Notes: generated by a model not told the origin, from the letters alone. Positions 45,077 to 56,896 are shown, numbered from the stretch's first letter. The stretch is 64,000 bases of DNA from an uncultured Porticoccaceae bacterium (GCA_965662065.1 CBFIGD010000003.1:60141-124140), one strand, 5' to 3'. Numbers and translations: made by a program.

Positions 45077-46813
45077 GTGGAACTCTTATCCGGCGGTGAT
45101 ATTTTAATCCGCGCTTTAAAAGATGCAGGTGTTAAGAACGTTTGGGGTTACCCGGGCGGCGCTGCACTGCATATCTATGACGCCCTGTATCGACAGGATG
45201 ACGTCTACCACCTATTAGTTCGCCATGAGCAGGCTGCGGTTCATGCTGCTGATGGTTTTTCCCGCGCCACCGGCGAAGTTGGCACAGCACTGGTGACTTC
45301 TGGCCCGGGTGCGACCAATGCTATCACCGGTATCGCCACTGCCTACATGGATTCGATTCCATTGGTGGTTATCTCTGGACAGGTTCCGCTGACCAAAATT
45401 GGCCAAGATGCCTTTCAGGAAACCGATATGGTTGGTGTCTCCCGGCCCATCGTCAAGCACAGCTTTTTGGTGACTCGCGCTGAAGATATCGCTGAAACTA
45501 TTGCCAAGGCTTATTACATTGCTGCGACAGGCCGTCCCGGCCCAGTGGTTGTTGATATCCCTAAGGATGTGACTGACCCAAGCCACAAGGTACCTTATAA
45601 CTACCCAACTGAAGTGAAGATGCGCTCCTATCAGCCCACTGATAAAGGCCATCGTGGCCAGATTAAACGTGCGGTTAAAACACTTATTGATGCCAAAAGG
45701 CCGGTTATCTATGCCGGAGGCGGGGTAGTGATAGACAATGCATCAGAGCAACTTATTGCATTGGCGCAGGCGCTGAATTATCCAGTGACCAATACATTGA
45801 TGGGGTTGGGTTGTTACCCGGGCACTGATCGGCAGTATCTGGGTATGCTGGGCATGCACGGTACCTTCGAAGCCAATACGGCGATGCATCATGCGGATGT
45901 TATCTTTGCCATTGGCGCGCGTTTCGACGACCGGGTGACCAATGATCTGGATAAATTCTGCCCTCATGCAACCATTATTCACGTTGATGTGGATCCGACT
46001 TCAGTGTCGAAAAATATCGACGCACATATTCCGATTGTGGGTACCTGCACCTCGGTACTAACGGAAATGCTGGCGATTAATAAAGCGCTGAATATCAAGC
46101 CAGATGCAGAGGCTATAGCCGAATGGTGGACGCAGCTGGATCAATGGCGCGCTGACAAAGGTATTTATACAGCTTCACGCTATGAAGAAAGTGCTGGCAG
46201 CTGTATCAAGCCGCAAGATGTGATTAAGATGCTCTACAAAATTACCAACGGTGAGGCTATTGTGACCTCTGACGTCGGTCAGCATCAGATGTTTGCTGCA
46301 CAGTACTATCTGTTTGACAAGCCACGCACCTGGATCAACTCTGGCGGCCTTGGCACCATGGGCTTTGGTCTGCCTGCGGCCATGGGTTGTCAACTGGCAT
46401 TCCCAGATAAAGACGTGGCCTGTGTTACTGGTGAAGGCAGTATTCAGATGAATATTCAGGAACTATCGACCTGCAGTCAGCACAAATTGCCAGTAAAAAT
46501 TATCAATCTCAATAATGCTGCCCTGGGCATGGTGCGCCAGTGGCAGGATATGAATTACAGCAGTCGCTACTCAGAGAGTGTCTATGAAGACTCATTGCCA
46601 GATTTTATAAAGCTGGTCGAGGCCTATGGCCATGTGGGTATGAAAATTACGCATATTGATGAGCTCGAAGATAAGATGCGTGAATGCTTCGCAATGAAAG
46701 ATCGCGTGGTGTTTATGGATATTGATGTCGATCGCTCTGAGCATGTTTACCCCATGCAAATGCCCGGCGGTTCGATGCGTGATCTGTGGCTAAATAAGAC
46801 GGAGAGAACCTAA
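45077..46813 (+). CDS. ilvI: Acetolactate synthase large subunit
   Basis: GTG start. [37 protein letters not shown] parallels E. coli IlvI. TPP motif [14 protein letters not shown]. Confidence 0.95.
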   Translation: MELLSGGDILIRALKDAGVKNVWGYPGGAALHIYDALYRQDDVYHLLVRHEQAAVHAADGFSRATGEVGTALVTSGPGATNAITGIATAYMDSIPLVVISGQVPLTKIGQDAFQETDMVGVSRPIVKHSFLVTRAEDIAETIAKAYYIAATGRPGPVVVDIPKDVTDPSHKVPYNYPTEVKMRSYQPTDKGHRGQIKRAVKTLIDAKRPVIYAGGGVVIDNASEQLIALAQALNYPVTNTLMGLGCYPGTDRQYLGMLGMHGTFEANTAMHHADVIFAIGARFDDRVTNDLDKFCPHATIIHVDVDPTSVSKNIDAHIPIVGTCTSVLTEMLAINKALNIKPDAEAIAEWWTQLDQWRADKGIYTASRYEESAGSCIKPQDVIKMLYKITNGEAIVTSDVGQHQMFAAQYYLFDKPRTWINSGGLGTMGFGLPAAMGCQLAFPDKDVACVTGEGSIQMNIQELSTCSQHKLPVKIINLNNAALGMVRQWQDMNYSSRYSESVYEDSLPDFIKLVEAYGHVGMKITHIDELEDKMRECFAMKDRVVFMDIDVDRSEHVYPMQMPGGSMRDLWLNKTERT

Positions 46814-47307
46814 TGAAACGGATAATCTCTATTCTTTTAGAAAATGAAGCTGGCGCACTTTCAAGGGTTGTCGGCCTGTTTTCCCAGCGCGGGTATAATA
46901 TCGATACGCTGACGGTAGCGCCAACTGATGATGATACCCTGTCACGTTTAACGCTGACTACACAGGGTGATGATCATATGGCAGAGCAGATTGTAAAACA
47001 GCTGCATAAGCTAATTGATACCATCAAGGTTGTTGATTTAACCGTTGGTTCGCATATTGAGCGCGAGTTGATGCTGGTTAAAATTAAAGCAACAGATAAT
47101 GAGATTCGCACAGAATTAAAAAGCTGTGTGGAGATCTTTCGGGGCCACATTATTGATGTGACTCCAGCGACCTATACCGTGCAACTGGCTGGCGACAGCG
47201 AGAAGCTGGATGCCTTTATCGAGGCAGTTCGGGAAATGGGTATCATGGAAGTGGTGAGAAGCGGTGTTTCCGGAATCTCCCGCGGCGATAAATTTTTACG
47301 TGTATAA
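46813..47307 (+). CDS. ilvH: Acetolactate synthase small (regulatory) subunit
   Basis: [38 protein letters not shown] (ACT domain). The start overlaps the ilvI stop. Confidence 0.95.
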   Translation: MKRIISILLENEAGALSRVVGLFSQRGYNIDTLTVAPTDDDTLSRLTLTTQGDDHMAEQIVKQLHKLIDTIKVVDLTVGSHIERELMLVKIKATDNEIRTELKSCVEIFRGHIIDVTPATYTVQLAGDSEKLDAFIEAVREMGIMEVVRSGVSGISRGDKFLRV

Positions 47308-47339
47308 CTCTTTTTAAATACTGACTTTTATTAAATTAG

Positions 47340-48365
<1,026 letters not shown>

Positions 48366-48390
48366 GCTGCATTGATAGCGATGGACTCTA

Positions 48391-48421
48391 AAACGGCCCG
48401 CTTTTAAAGTGGGCCGTTTTA
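48391..48421 (+). terminator. Rho-independent terminator after ilvC
   Basis: AAACGGCCC-11 nt-GGGCCGTTT followed by TTAC TTT. Confidence 0.6.
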
Positions 48422-48481
48422 CTTTAGGTAACGTAAAAAAATGCTTCAGGCCCACAACAATTAACCTTAAATGAGCAGCGG

Positions 48482-49270
48482 ATGAGTACAGTAGACAGCA
48501 CAACTAGAGTAGTCGGCCTGGACGGCGGTATTAATTTTCGTGATATAGGTGGCTATGTTAATAATCAGGGTCGCACCGTTAAATGGCGCAAGATTATGCG
48601 CTGTGGACATCTGGCCAATCTCACCGAGAATGATCTCGATAGCTTGGAGCAGATGGGCATTAGCACGATTCATGATTTTCGTCGTCAGGAAGAGCAGGAG
48701 CAGTCGCCCAGCTGTGCAGTGCGGGCTGAATTTATCGATGATTACCAGATTTCAATTGGTGATATCTCCCGTTTTTGGGAGTTTCTCTTTGGCGGTGAGC
48801 TGACCGCCGATTCTTCCCACAAACTGGTGGTTAATTCCTACCGCAACTGTATTGAAAATGTCATTCCGGCTTTTAGCCGATTTATGCGCCATATTGTTGA
48901 TAATAGCGACAGTGCCTCAGTATTCCACTGTTCAGCGGGTAAAGACCGAACAGGTATGGCGGCAGCACTTGTTCTTTCGGCACTGGATGTCCCTCGCCAG
49001 ACGATTATTGAAGACTACATGCTGACCCTTGAGCACTATGATTCAGAGAGCCTGATTGATCTGGTTGAAGGGCACCTGCGCGACGCCAAGGTTGAGACTT
49101 GGGACCGCGACTGGTTAGTGCCTTACTGTTCTGTTCATGAGGACAATATTATCGCCTTTCTGGACGCCATTGATGCCGGTTACGGTGATGTTAAAAATTA
49201 CCTGATCACAGCTCTGGGTTTATCCCAGGCTGATCTGGACAAAATGCACAGCTGCTATTTAGAGGGCTAG
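48482..49270 (+). CDS. Protein tyrosine/serine phosphatase (Y_phosphatase3-like)
   Basis: Active-site loop HCSAGKDRTG (CX5R). Confidence 0.8.
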   Translation: MSTVDSTTRVVGLDGGINFRDIGGYVNNQGRTVKWRKIMRCGHLANLTENDLDSLEQMGISTIHDFRRQEEQEQSPSCAVRAEFIDDYQISIGDISRFWEFLFGGELTADSSHKLVVNSYRNCIENVIPAFSRFMRHIVDNSDSASVFHCSAGKDRTGMAAALVLSALDVPRQTIIEDYMLTLEHYDSESLIDLVEGHLRDAKVETWDRDWLVPYCSVHEDNIIAFLDAIDAGYGDVKNYLITALGLSQADLDKMHSCYLEG

Positions 49271-49318
49271 CGCCTATAATGCCCGTAGACGTGATGGCCA
49301 GAGGTCAAAGGTAGCGGT

Positions 49319-50107
49319 ATGAATAAAAAAGCGGACACAGAAGAGAAGGTCGTTAATCTCAAGTCGGCAGAGGCAGCTAGTGCGCCTGCGCGCCGTAAAG
49401 GTATTTATCTCTTGCCTAACCTACTCACCACTGGTGCCCTTTTCGGCGGGTTCTATGCTGTGCTGTCTGGCTTTAGCGGCCAATATGAATGGGCAGCCAT
49501 GGCTATTTTTGCGGCGATGATTTTTGATGGGCTGGACGGTCGCGTTGCACGCATGACCAATACCCAAAGTGACTTTGGCGTTCAGTACGACAGTCTGTCC
49601 GACATGGTGTCCTTTGGCGTTGCACCGGCAGTAGTTGCCTATGGCTGGGGAGTCAGCAGCCTGGGTAAGCTGGGTTTGGCTGCGGCTTTTGTCTATGCCT
49701 CCTGTGGAGCACTGCGGCTGGCTCGCTTTAATGTTCAAGCAGAGCTGTCCGATAATAAAAACTTTACCGGCTTACCCAGCCCGGCTGCCGCAGCTATTGT
49801 TGCAGGCTTCGTATGGTCTACCTACCAATCACAGATGTCGTCCAGTCTGGCGGTTGTTGGCGCCCTGATTACCGCGGCCTCTGGTTTATTGATGGTGTCT
49901 AACTTTAAGTACCCCAGTTTTAAAGAAGTGGACTTGCGAGGCAAGGTACCCTTTATTGTTATCCTCTCTGTGGTGATGGGTTTTGTGGTGATCACGATAG
50001 ACCCACCGCGGATCCTGTTTGCCATGGCAGTTGTTTTTGGTTGTTCCGCACCGTTGATCTGGGTATGGAAAAAGTTAAACCCGCTGTCGGACAAGAAGGC
50101 GAATTAA
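49319..50107 (+). CDS. pssA: CDP-diacylglycerol--serine O-phosphatidyltransferase
   Basis: CDP-alcohol phosphatidyltransferase motif DGLDGRVAR...G...D...D, a multi-TM protein of 262 aa. Confidence 0.85.
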   Translation: MNKKADTEEKVVNLKSAEAASAPARRKGIYLLPNLLTTGALFGGFYAVLSGFSGQYEWAAMAIFAAMIFDGLDGRVARMTNTQSDFGVQYDSLSDMVSFGVAPAVVAYGWGVSSLGKLGLAAAFVYASCGALRLARFNVQAELSDNKNFTGLPSPAAAAIVAGFVWSTYQSQMSSSLAVVGALITAASGLLMVSNFKYPSFKEVDLRGKVPFIVILSVVMGFVVITIDPPRILFAMAVVFGCSAPLIWVWKKLNPLSDKKAN

Positions 50108-50415
50108 TTTAGTCTTGGCTTCTGTGCTGAAAACTGTTTGAATGGCCCTATGAAAAATTCCACGAAAAATGGTGCTGCGAACATCAGTCTTGCGACTGCT
50201 TCGTCTGCACGTGGACTACTTCTTCTCCTGCCCTGAGGGGCATCTATCGTTATACCTCACCCAAAATTCCATTTATTGCAATAGTTGCAATAAAATTCTA
50301 GCCCCGCAGGGGGTGAATCCGTTTTACAATGTAGCCATCAGAGTTTAAGCCATGAGTTTAGGTTTTAACGTAAGCGCCTTAAGAGGCGTGGCGCCAATTA
50401 GCAAGAGAAGAGATC

Positions 50416-51975
50416 ATGAAGAGCACAGAGCAGTCTAAAGAAAAATTAGTCATTTTTGACACCACATTGCGCGATGGCGAACAGAGTCCGGGCGCATCCA
50501 TGACTAAAGATGAAAAGGTGCGTATTGCCAAAGCCCTAGAAAAAATGCGCGTGGATGTGATTGAAGCCGGTTTTGCCATCTCCAGTCAGGGTGACTTTGA
50601 GGCCGTACAAGCCATCGCCAACACGGTAACCGAAAGCCGTATCTGTAGTCTGTCACGGGCCATTCGTGGCGATATTGAGCGTGCTGGCGAAGCTTTAAAG
50701 AGCGCCAATGCCGGTCGCATTCATACCTTTATCGCCACCTCACCGATTCACATGAAGCACAAGTTGCAGATGGCGCCAGATCAGGTTCTTGAGCAGGCAG
50801 TGGGAGCAGTAAAGATAGCGCGTGGCCTGATAGATGATGTTGAGTTTTCCCTGGAAGATGCCAGCCGCACCGAGTTTGAGTTTATGTGCCGTATCACCGA
50901 AGCAGTAATCAATGCAGGTGCGCGAACCATCAACCTGCCAGATACCGTGGGCTATTCAGATCCGGGTGAATATGGCGCAATGATCAGACGCCTGCTAGAT
51001 ACAGTACCCAATGCCGATAAAGCCATTTTTTCCGTACATTGCCACAATGATCTAGGCCTCGCTGTAGCCAATAGCCTCTCGGCTGTACAGGCCGGTGCTC
51101 GGCAGGTTGAATGTACCATCAATGGTCTGGGCGAGCGCGCCGGTAATGCCTCACTGGAAGAATTGGTCATGGCTATTCGAACGCGCAAAGACCTATTCCC
51201 AGTTGAAACCGGCATAGATACAGTGCACATAGTGCCAACTTCGCGCCTGGTTTCCAGCATTACCGGTTTTCCTGTGCAGCCCAACAAAGCGATTGTGGGT
51301 GCCAATGCCTTTGCCCATGAATCAGGAATTCATCAGGACGGTATTTTAAAATTCCGAGAAACCTACGAAATCATGAAAGCCGAGGATGTTGGCTGGAGTA
51401 CCAATAAGTTGTCACTGGGGAAGTTGTCTGGCCGCGCCGCATTTGCAGCTCGTCTTGAAGAGCTGGGTATTAGCTTTGATGGCAAAGAGGATTTTAATCA
51501 GGCATTTTTGCGCTTTAAAGAGCTGGCAGACAAGAAACGAGAAATTTTTGATGAAGATTTACAGGCGCTAGTCTCTGATGTGCAGATGGGTGCAGCGGGC
51601 GATGCTTTGACTGTTATCGATCTTGAGGTTTTATCAAAGTCAGGTCAGTCGCCCCACGCCAAGATAGGGGTGCGTTATCAGGATCGGGATCACAGCTCCG
51701 AAGCCAGTGGTGATGGCGCTGTAGATGCGATTTTTAATGCCATTGAAAAACTGGTTAACAGCGAGACAAACCTGCAGCTTTACTCGGTCAATGCGGTCAC
51801 CCAGGGCACAGATTCCCAGGGTGAAGTAACGGTTCGCCTGGAAAAAGATGGTCGTATTATCAATGGTCAGGGCGCAGACACTGACATACTTTTGGCCAGT
51901 GCCAAAGCCTATTTAAATGCGCTGACCCTAATGCGCAATCCTGGTCGATTGCATCCACAGCTTGGCGGTGTCTAG
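50416..51975 (+). CDS. leuA: 2-isopropylmalate synthase
   Basis: [32 protein letters not shown] and a C-terminal LeuA dimerisation/regulatory domain, 519 aa. Confidence 0.95.
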   Translation: MKSTEQSKEKLVIFDTTLRDGEQSPGASMTKDEKVRIAKALEKMRVDVIEAGFAISSQGDFEAVQAIANTVTESRICSLSRAIRGDIERAGEALKSANAGRIHTFIATSPIHMKHKLQMAPDQVLEQAVGAVKIARGLIDDVEFSLEDASRTEFEFMCRITEAVINAGARTINLPDTVGYSDPGEYGAMIRRLLDTVPNADKAIFSVHCHNDLGLAVANSLSAVQAGARQVECTINGLGERAGNASLEELVMAIRTRKDLFPVETGIDTVHIVPTSRLVSSITGFPVQPNKAIVGANAFAHESGIHQDGILKFRETYEIMKAEDVGWSTNKLSLGKLSGRAAFAARLEELGISFDGKEDFNQAFLRFKELADKKREIFDEDLQALVSDVQMGAAGDALTVIDLEVLSKSGQSPHAKIGVRYQDRDHSSEASGDGAVDAIFNAIEKLVNSETNLQLYSVNAVTQGTDSQGEVTVRLEKDGRIINGQGADTDILLASAKAYLNALTLMRNPGRLHPQLGGV

Positions 51976-52769
51976 TGGCAAAAGCGCTGCACAATCAGTA
52001 CCTGCAAACTCTCGGCATTGTGCAATATGTGCCCAGAGACTTACCGCTGGTATCTATTGTTGCGCAGCCAGCAGATGGCTTGATCAAAAGCACTGCGCGC
52101 GCTAGCGAGCGTGATTTCAATCCGACTGGCGAGCCTGTCACCCAACCAGTAAGCGGCGCTGCTCTGAGCCTCGAAGCCATGACTAAAAGTATGGCGGAGC
52201 TAGGCAATATTGGTGTACAAGACAAGTCGAAAGTGCCACGAGTAAAGCTGGCCGAGCTCGCCTCGGTCAAAGAGGTAGACGCGACCAGTGATATTGCGGT
52301 GAAGTTTGCGCTGTGGCAGCCCACCGATGAAGTGCTGGTGTGTAGTTCAGTAGAAGATAGTTTGCCAGATCCGGAACAAATTTTGCTGCTGGGTAATATT
52401 TTACTGGCAATGGGGCAGGGCAGCGGTCAGTTGCCGCAAATGGATATTGTCGAATGGCCGCCCTATCCTAATGCCAGTGGTGATAGCACTGAGGTGCGAG
52501 AGTTTTTGGCCACCTTGATCAAAGCGCGCATCAATAGTAAGTCAGCCAAGATATTGCTATTGATGGGTGCTGCTGCGGCCCATTGGCTACTGACCAGCGA
52601 TGAGACGGCGGCAGTCGCCAATGGTCAGGTATATGTTTATGGCCAGGTTACGGCGTTGCTGGTGCCCTCTCTTCAAGAGATGATTGAACAGCCATTGACC
52701 AAGCGTAAAACCTGGCAGACCATTCGTTTTTTGTCGCCACAGCGGCATGTGCATAAAACACAATCTTGA
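51975..52769 (+). CDS. holD: DNA polymerase III psi-subunit-like protein (extended form)
   Basis: The N-terminus NQYLQTLGIVQYVPR resembles E. coli HolD ...WQLQQLGITQW. The gene overlaps the start of rimI, matching the conserved holD-rimI pairing. GTG start overlaps the leuA stop. It is much longer than the E. coli protein. Confidence 0.5.
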   Translation: MAKALHNQYLQTLGIVQYVPRDLPLVSIVAQPADGLIKSTARASERDFNPTGEPVTQPVSGAALSLEAMTKSMAELGNIGVQDKSKVPRVKLAELASVKEVDATSDIAVKFALWQPTDEVLVCSSVEDSLPDPEQILLLGNILLAMGQGSGQLPQMDIVEWPPYPNASGDSTEVREFLATLIKARINSKSAKILLLMGAAAAHWLLTSDETAAVANGQVYVYGQVTALLVPSLQEMIEQPLTKRKTWQTIRFLSPQRHVHKTQS

Positions 52770-53221
52770 ATTCCTCAATCAATCAGCACTGTTCTATACG
52801 TGAGATGCAGATTACCGACCTCGATCAGGTAGTTGCCATAGAGCAGCTCGGGTCAAAGTCCCCCTGGACCGTTCAACAGTTTCAGCAGAGCCTCAATGAT
52901 GCGAGGGTACTGGTGGCAGCAGAAAAAATTATCGGTTTTTTGGTGGTTGCCACTGTCCTTGATGAAGCGGAGATACATAACCTGGCCGTCCATCCCGACT
53001 ACCAGGGCGCAGGGTTTGGCTCTCTATTGCTGGATCATGCTATCGCTCATGTGCACGCTGCAGTAACTCAGGTGCATCTCGAGGTCAGGGCGACTAATTT
53101 TGCTGCTATAAGACTCTATCTGCAAAGAGATTTTGTGACAGTGGGTCAGCGCAGAGACTACTATAAAACGGAGTATGGTCGCGAGGACGCACTGCTGATG
53201 TCCCGTTCAGTTGGTGCTTAA
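52766..53221 (+). CDS. rimI: Ribosomal-protein-alanine N-acetyltransferase (GNAT)
   Basis: GNAT acetyl-CoA motif HNLAVHPDYQGAGFGSLLLDHAI. The start is either TTG 52766 or ATG 52805. Confidence 0.8.
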   Translation: MNSSINQHCSIREMQITDLDQVVAIEQLGSKSPWTVQQFQQSLNDARVLVAAEKIIGFLVVATVLDEAEIHNLAVHPDYQGAGFGSLLLDHAIAHVHAAVTQVHLEVRATNFAAIRLYLQRDFVTVGQRRDYYKTEYGREDALLMSRSVGA

Positions 53222-53274
53222 AATGGCTGAAACTTGTTACTCCTAGAATACTACAATTATATAAGAGGCTGTAA

Positions 53275-53727
53275 ATGGATATTGATATGTTGTATTGGCA
53301 CTGGTTAGTGCTGGGCGTGCTACTGATAATTGGCGAAATTTTTATCCCCAGCTTTACGATACTCTGGTTTGGTTTGGGTGCGCTGGTAGTGGGTGTTGCG
53401 GCGCTGTTTGTAGATATGCCCTTTAGTATTCAGGTATTGCTGTGGACGATCGCATCGGTTGGTTTCACGGTACTCTGGTTTAGAGTTATCAAGCCGAAGA
53501 TGGATGATCGCAACAATGCTGGTTTGGCCCGTGAGTCGGCTATTGGTGAATCTGGTCTGGTGATTAAATTACCGGCGGGGCAGACTAATGGTAAGTTGCG
53601 TTTTAGTACGCCAGTGTTGGGTGAAGATGAATGGGCGTTTAGCTGCGATGCAGAGGTTCAGCTGGGTGACCGTCTCCACATTAAAGAAATTTGCGGCGAT
53701 GTTTTAGTGGTTGCCAAACTTAGTTAA
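53275..53727 (+). CDS. NfeD-family membrane protein
   Basis: Three N-terminal TM helices plus a C-terminal OB-like soluble domain. It lies directly upstream of an SPFH gene, the classic nfeD-stomatin operon. Confidence 0.8.
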   Translation: MDIDMLYWHWLVLGVLLIIGEIFIPSFTILWFGLGALVVGVAALFVDMPFSIQVLLWTIASVGFTVLWFRVIKPKMDDRNNAGLARESAIGESGLVIKLPAGQTNGKLRFSTPVLGEDEWAFSCDAEVQLGDRLHIKEICGDVLVVAKLS

Positions 53728-53748
53728 TTATTCCAAGGAGAATATCTA

Positions 53749-54600
53749 ATGGAAGGTAGTATCGTTGTAGTAGCAGTTTTGATTCTGGTTCTGGTGACTC
53801 TATTTAAAGGTATTCGTCTGGTACCCCAGGGGTCTAAGTGGGTTGTTCAGCGACTGGGTAAATTTCATAAATCACTGCATCCCGGATTAAATCTTATTAT
53901 TCCCTATATTGATGATGTGGCCTTTAAAGCAACCACCAAAGATATTGTTCTGGATATTCCCTCTCAGGAAGTGATCACACTGGATAATGTGGTGATTATT
54001 GCCAATGCGGTGGCTTACATAAATATTATTAGCCCAGAAAAAGCGGTGTATGGTGTTGAAGACTACGAGCTGGCTATTCGCACTCTGGTTCAGACATCGC
54101 TGCGTTCCATTGTCGGTGAGATGGCCCTCGATGATGCGCTGTCTTCACGTGACCAGATTAAGGCTAAGCTTAAAACCTCAATTTCAGGTGATATTGCCGA
54201 CTGGGGTATCACCTTGAAGACTGTAGAAATACAAGATATTAACCCCTCTGGCACTATGCAGCAGGCTATGGAAGAGCAGGCTGCGGCAGAGCGTCAACGT
54301 CGCGCCACGGTAACCCGTGCCGACGGTGAGAAGACGGCGGCGATTTTAGAGGCCGATGGTCGATTGGAAGCGTCTCGTCGTGATGCAGAGGCGCAGGTAG
54401 TATTGGCTGAAGCCACAAAGTCAGCGCTGACCAAGGTCAACGAAGCTATCCAGGATAAAGAGTTGCCTGCCATGTACCTTTTAGGAGAGCAATATATTGA
54501 TGCTATGAAGGCCATGTCTAACTCACCTAACGCTAAAATAGTGGTGTTGCCAGCAGATTTGCCGGCTGCAGTACGAGGCATCATGAATAATACCAAGTAA
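53749..54600 (+). CDS. SPFH/band-7 (stomatin/QmcA-like) protein
   Basis: An N-terminal membrane anchor, an SPFH core (VPQGSKWVVQRLGKFHKSLHPGLNLIIPYID) and a coiled-coil EQAAAERQRRA. Confidence 0.9.
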   Translation: MEGSIVVVAVLILVLVTLFKGIRLVPQGSKWVVQRLGKFHKSLHPGLNLIIPYIDDVAFKATTKDIVLDIPSQEVITLDNVVIIANAVAYINIISPEKAVYGVEDYELAIRTLVQTSLRSIVGEMALDDALSSRDQIKAKLKTSISGDIADWGITLKTVEIQDINPSGTMQQAMEEQAAAERQRRATVTRADGEKTAAILEADGRLEASRRDAEAQVVLAEATKSALTKVNEAIQDKELPAMYLLGEQYIDAMKAMSNSPNAKIVVLPADLPAAVRGIMNNTK

Positions 54601-54630
54601 TCGAGGCAACGTTGGCCGTAGTAAAAAATG

Positions 54631-54659
54631 CGTCAACCAAAGTCGTTGGTTGGCGTTTT
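54631..54659 (+). terminator. Rho-independent terminator after the SPFH gene
   Basis: CGTCAACCAA-AGTCG-TTGGTTGGCG (one G-U pair) followed by TTTT. Confidence 0.55.
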
Positions 54660-54694
54660 GTTGAATGGATTAACTCAGGGTGAAGGAAAACGCG

Positions 54695-55072
54695 ATGTTT
54701 AAATTATCTCTCTTAGCTGCGGCTGTCGTAGTTCTCTCAGGATGTAGCAACGGTTATAGCTACGGTGCTCCAGAAAAAGTAATCATAGATACCCTGGGGG
54801 TCGACCCCTATGAATACCAGGTTGATCTTGCCGACTGCGAAGAATACGCCCAGCAGGTTAATGTTAGTGAGCAAACTGCAGAGAGAGCCGTCGAGGGCGC
54901 TGTTGTCGGCGGTGTGCTTGGTGCCGTGTTGGGTGACAGTGGTACGGCCAAGCGCAGTGCGGGTGCCGGTGCAGTGTTAGGCGGTGTAAAAGGCAATAAA
55001 CAGGCTCGCTATGAGCAAGATCGCATTGTTAAACGCTGTTTAACTGGGCGAGGTTATAGCGTTTTAAACTAA
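54695..55072 (+). CDS. Glycine-zipper outer-membrane lipoprotein
   Basis: Lipobox VVLSGCS and glycine zipper GAVVGGVLGAVLGDSG...GAGAVLGGVKG. ATG 54695 is preferred over GTG 54680. Confidence 0.7.
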   Translation: MFKLSLLAAAVVVLSGCSNGYSYGAPEKVIIDTLGVDPYEYQVDLADCEEYAQQVNVSEQTAERAVEGAVVGGVLGAVLGDSGTAKRSAGAGAVLGGVKGNKQARYEQDRIVKRCLTGRGYSVLN

Positions 55073-55109
55073 CTGGGTAAGCAGTGCAGGTCAGCCATAA
55101 TAACTGCTG

Positions 55110-55625
55110 CTAGCTCTTGACTGGCCGCTTTTGTAGCTTTCTCTGTAGGGTTCTGCGGTGCATCCCTAGGCTTCTGGCGGTGGCTGAAATATTGCCCGCA
55201 TTTTCAGTAAGCACGCGCTGAATATGTTCCCATTCTAGCCTATTCACTGAGGGCGGAGACTGCTCAAGGGCGACATCACCAGCGCTATTTTCAAAGGCGG
55301 CAATAATTTCGTCGACGCCAGCTGGCTTGCATAGGTAGTTGCTGGCCCCCATCTTTATCGCCTCTACGGCTGTTGAAATACTTGAATAACCAGTGAGTAT
55401 CACCACTTGAATGTCAGGTTTATGAGTACGTAGCTGCTGTAATATTGATAGGCCGGATTCCTGTTCGAGCTTCAAATCAAGAACCACGCGATCGATAGAT
55501 TGATCACAATGGGCGATCGCCTGCGCACCATTAGTTGCAGTTATTACTTTCTCACCACGGCGTACCAGCATTCTGGCCAGCACTGAACTAAACACAGCAT
55601 CATCATCGATCAGAAGATAGTTCAT
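55110..55625 (-). CDS. Response regulator, RegA/ActR/RoxR-like
   Basis: A receiver domain (LLIDDD..., VVLDLKLEQESG) plus a short Fis-type HTH ISATARSLGMHRRTLQRKLQK. Confidence 0.85.
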   Translation of the reverse strand: MNYLLIDDDAVFSSVLARMLVRRGEKVITATNGAQAIAHCDQSIDRVVLDLKLEQESGLSILQQLRTHKPDIQVVILTGYSSISTAVEAIKMGASNYLCKPAGVDEIIAAFENSAGDVALEQSPPSVNRLEWEHIQRVLTENAGNISATARSLGMHRRTLQRKLQKRPVKS

Positions 55626-56896
55626 CCTGCACCTTGGGCTAGGGGTAAATTAATATGAGTCAATGTGCCAGGCTCGGCATTACCCGCATTTTGCAGGCTT
55701 ACAGAACCGCCAAATCTGGACAGTGTTGCCTGAGATAAAAACAGGCCAAGGCCAAGGCCGTCGGCTTTATCTGTAACAAATGCTTGCCCCAGCCGATCAA
55801 TGCCACCCAGATCCAAACCACTGCCATAGTCACGTATCTCAATATTTGCCACGGTCGCATTCCAGCTAAGGCACACATCAACGTTTTGACTGGCATCCGC
55901 AGCATTATTTAATAAATTAAGAATAGATTGGGCAATGGTAGGTTCAAAAATAGCATTGTTGTTAGGGCTGTCTATAACGTTTATTTTTGCCTTTAGATGC
56001 GGATGCATAAGCTGCCAGCGCTCGAGTATAGCGGCAAAATATAACCGCACTGGCTGCGGTTCCAGTTGATTTGACTGGGACTGTTCTGCGGTGGTCAGCA
56101 GCTGTTTTAAGGTGGTTTTACACTGCTCTATTTGTTGATTGAGCAGAATAATGTCCTGATTATCTGGCGCGCCAGCCACCATCTCATCAACCAGTAATTT
56201 CATGGTGTTTAAGGGTGTGCCAAGTTCATGGGCTGTGCCTGCCGCCAAGGTGCCTACGGCTAGTAGCTGCTCATTGCGAAGCTGCTCCTCACGTTGCAGG
56301 GCGAGCGCTTGCTGCTGTATTTTCAAGGTGGCAGCCATGCGACTTATGAAATAGATAATAATGCCAGTACTAATAGCAAAGTTGGCCCACATACCCAGAA
56401 TATGCAGACTACTGTTGCCGGTGCCATGGTGGCCGCTCGGTGCAATGGCGGCAATTGGTACATAGTATTTTAATAACAGACTATAGGCGGCCAGCGCAGT
56501 GACAGCGATCAAAATACTGTACCGCTTTGAAACTGTAATCGCAGCAATACTAATGGGAATCAGATAATAGGAAATAAAGGGATTGGAGGCGCCGCCGCTA
56601 AAATACAGCAACATAGAAAAGAACAGAATATCGGCTAACAGGTGAATAAAAATTTCATTGTCTGCAATGGGCACCGGCATGCGGCTGCGCTGCCAGGTAG
56701 CTACAGTAACCGAAGCATAGATTGCCAGTACTAATGCAATGACGTTAGCCGGCAGCCCAATCGGATTGATGGCGGTAAAGTAGATGAGAGCCAGCACCTG
56801 GCCAATCAATGCGACACCGCGAATTAAGCTAAGGCGAAAGAGGTTTTGTCGTGCAGCTGAGCCCGTTTGCTGGCTGTTGTTTTTGATCATTCGCAA
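55622..56896 (-). CDS. Sensor histidine kinase, RegB/ActS/RoxS-like
   Basis: About six N-terminal TM helices, H-box AAGTAHELGTPLNTM and an ATPase G-boxes region DYGSGL...GLGLGLFLS. The stop overlaps the regulator start. Confidence 0.8.
   Translation of the reverse strand: MRMIKNNSQQTGSAARQNLFRLSLIRGVALIGQVLALIYFTAINPIGLPANVIALVLAIYASVTVATWQRSRMPVPIADNEIFIHLLADILFFSMLLYFSGGASNPFISYYLIPISIAAITVSKRYSILIAVTALAAYSLLLKYYVPIAAIAPSGHHGTGNSSLHILGMWANFAISTGIIIYFISRMAATLKIQQQALALQREEQLRNEQLLAVGTLAAGTAHELGTPLNTMKLLVDEMVAGAPDNQDIILLNQQIEQCKTTLKQLLTTAEQSQSNQLEPQPVRLYFAAILERWQLMHPHLKAKINVIDSPNNNAIFEPTIAQSILNLLNNAADASQNVDVCLSWNATVANIEIRDYGSGLDLGGIDRLGQAFVTDKADGLGLGLFLSQATLSRFGGSVSLQNAGNAEPGTLTHINLPLAQGAG

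Noticed and set aside
50150-50302. ATG 50150 ORF upstream of leuA, which at first glance seemed to encode five consecutive Leu.
   Set aside because: Careful codon-by-codon reading gives MKNSTKNGAANISLATASSARGLLSSPALRG..., so the apparent Leu run was a frame misreading. The Leu-rich frame is the separate ORF at 50169, reported as a finding.
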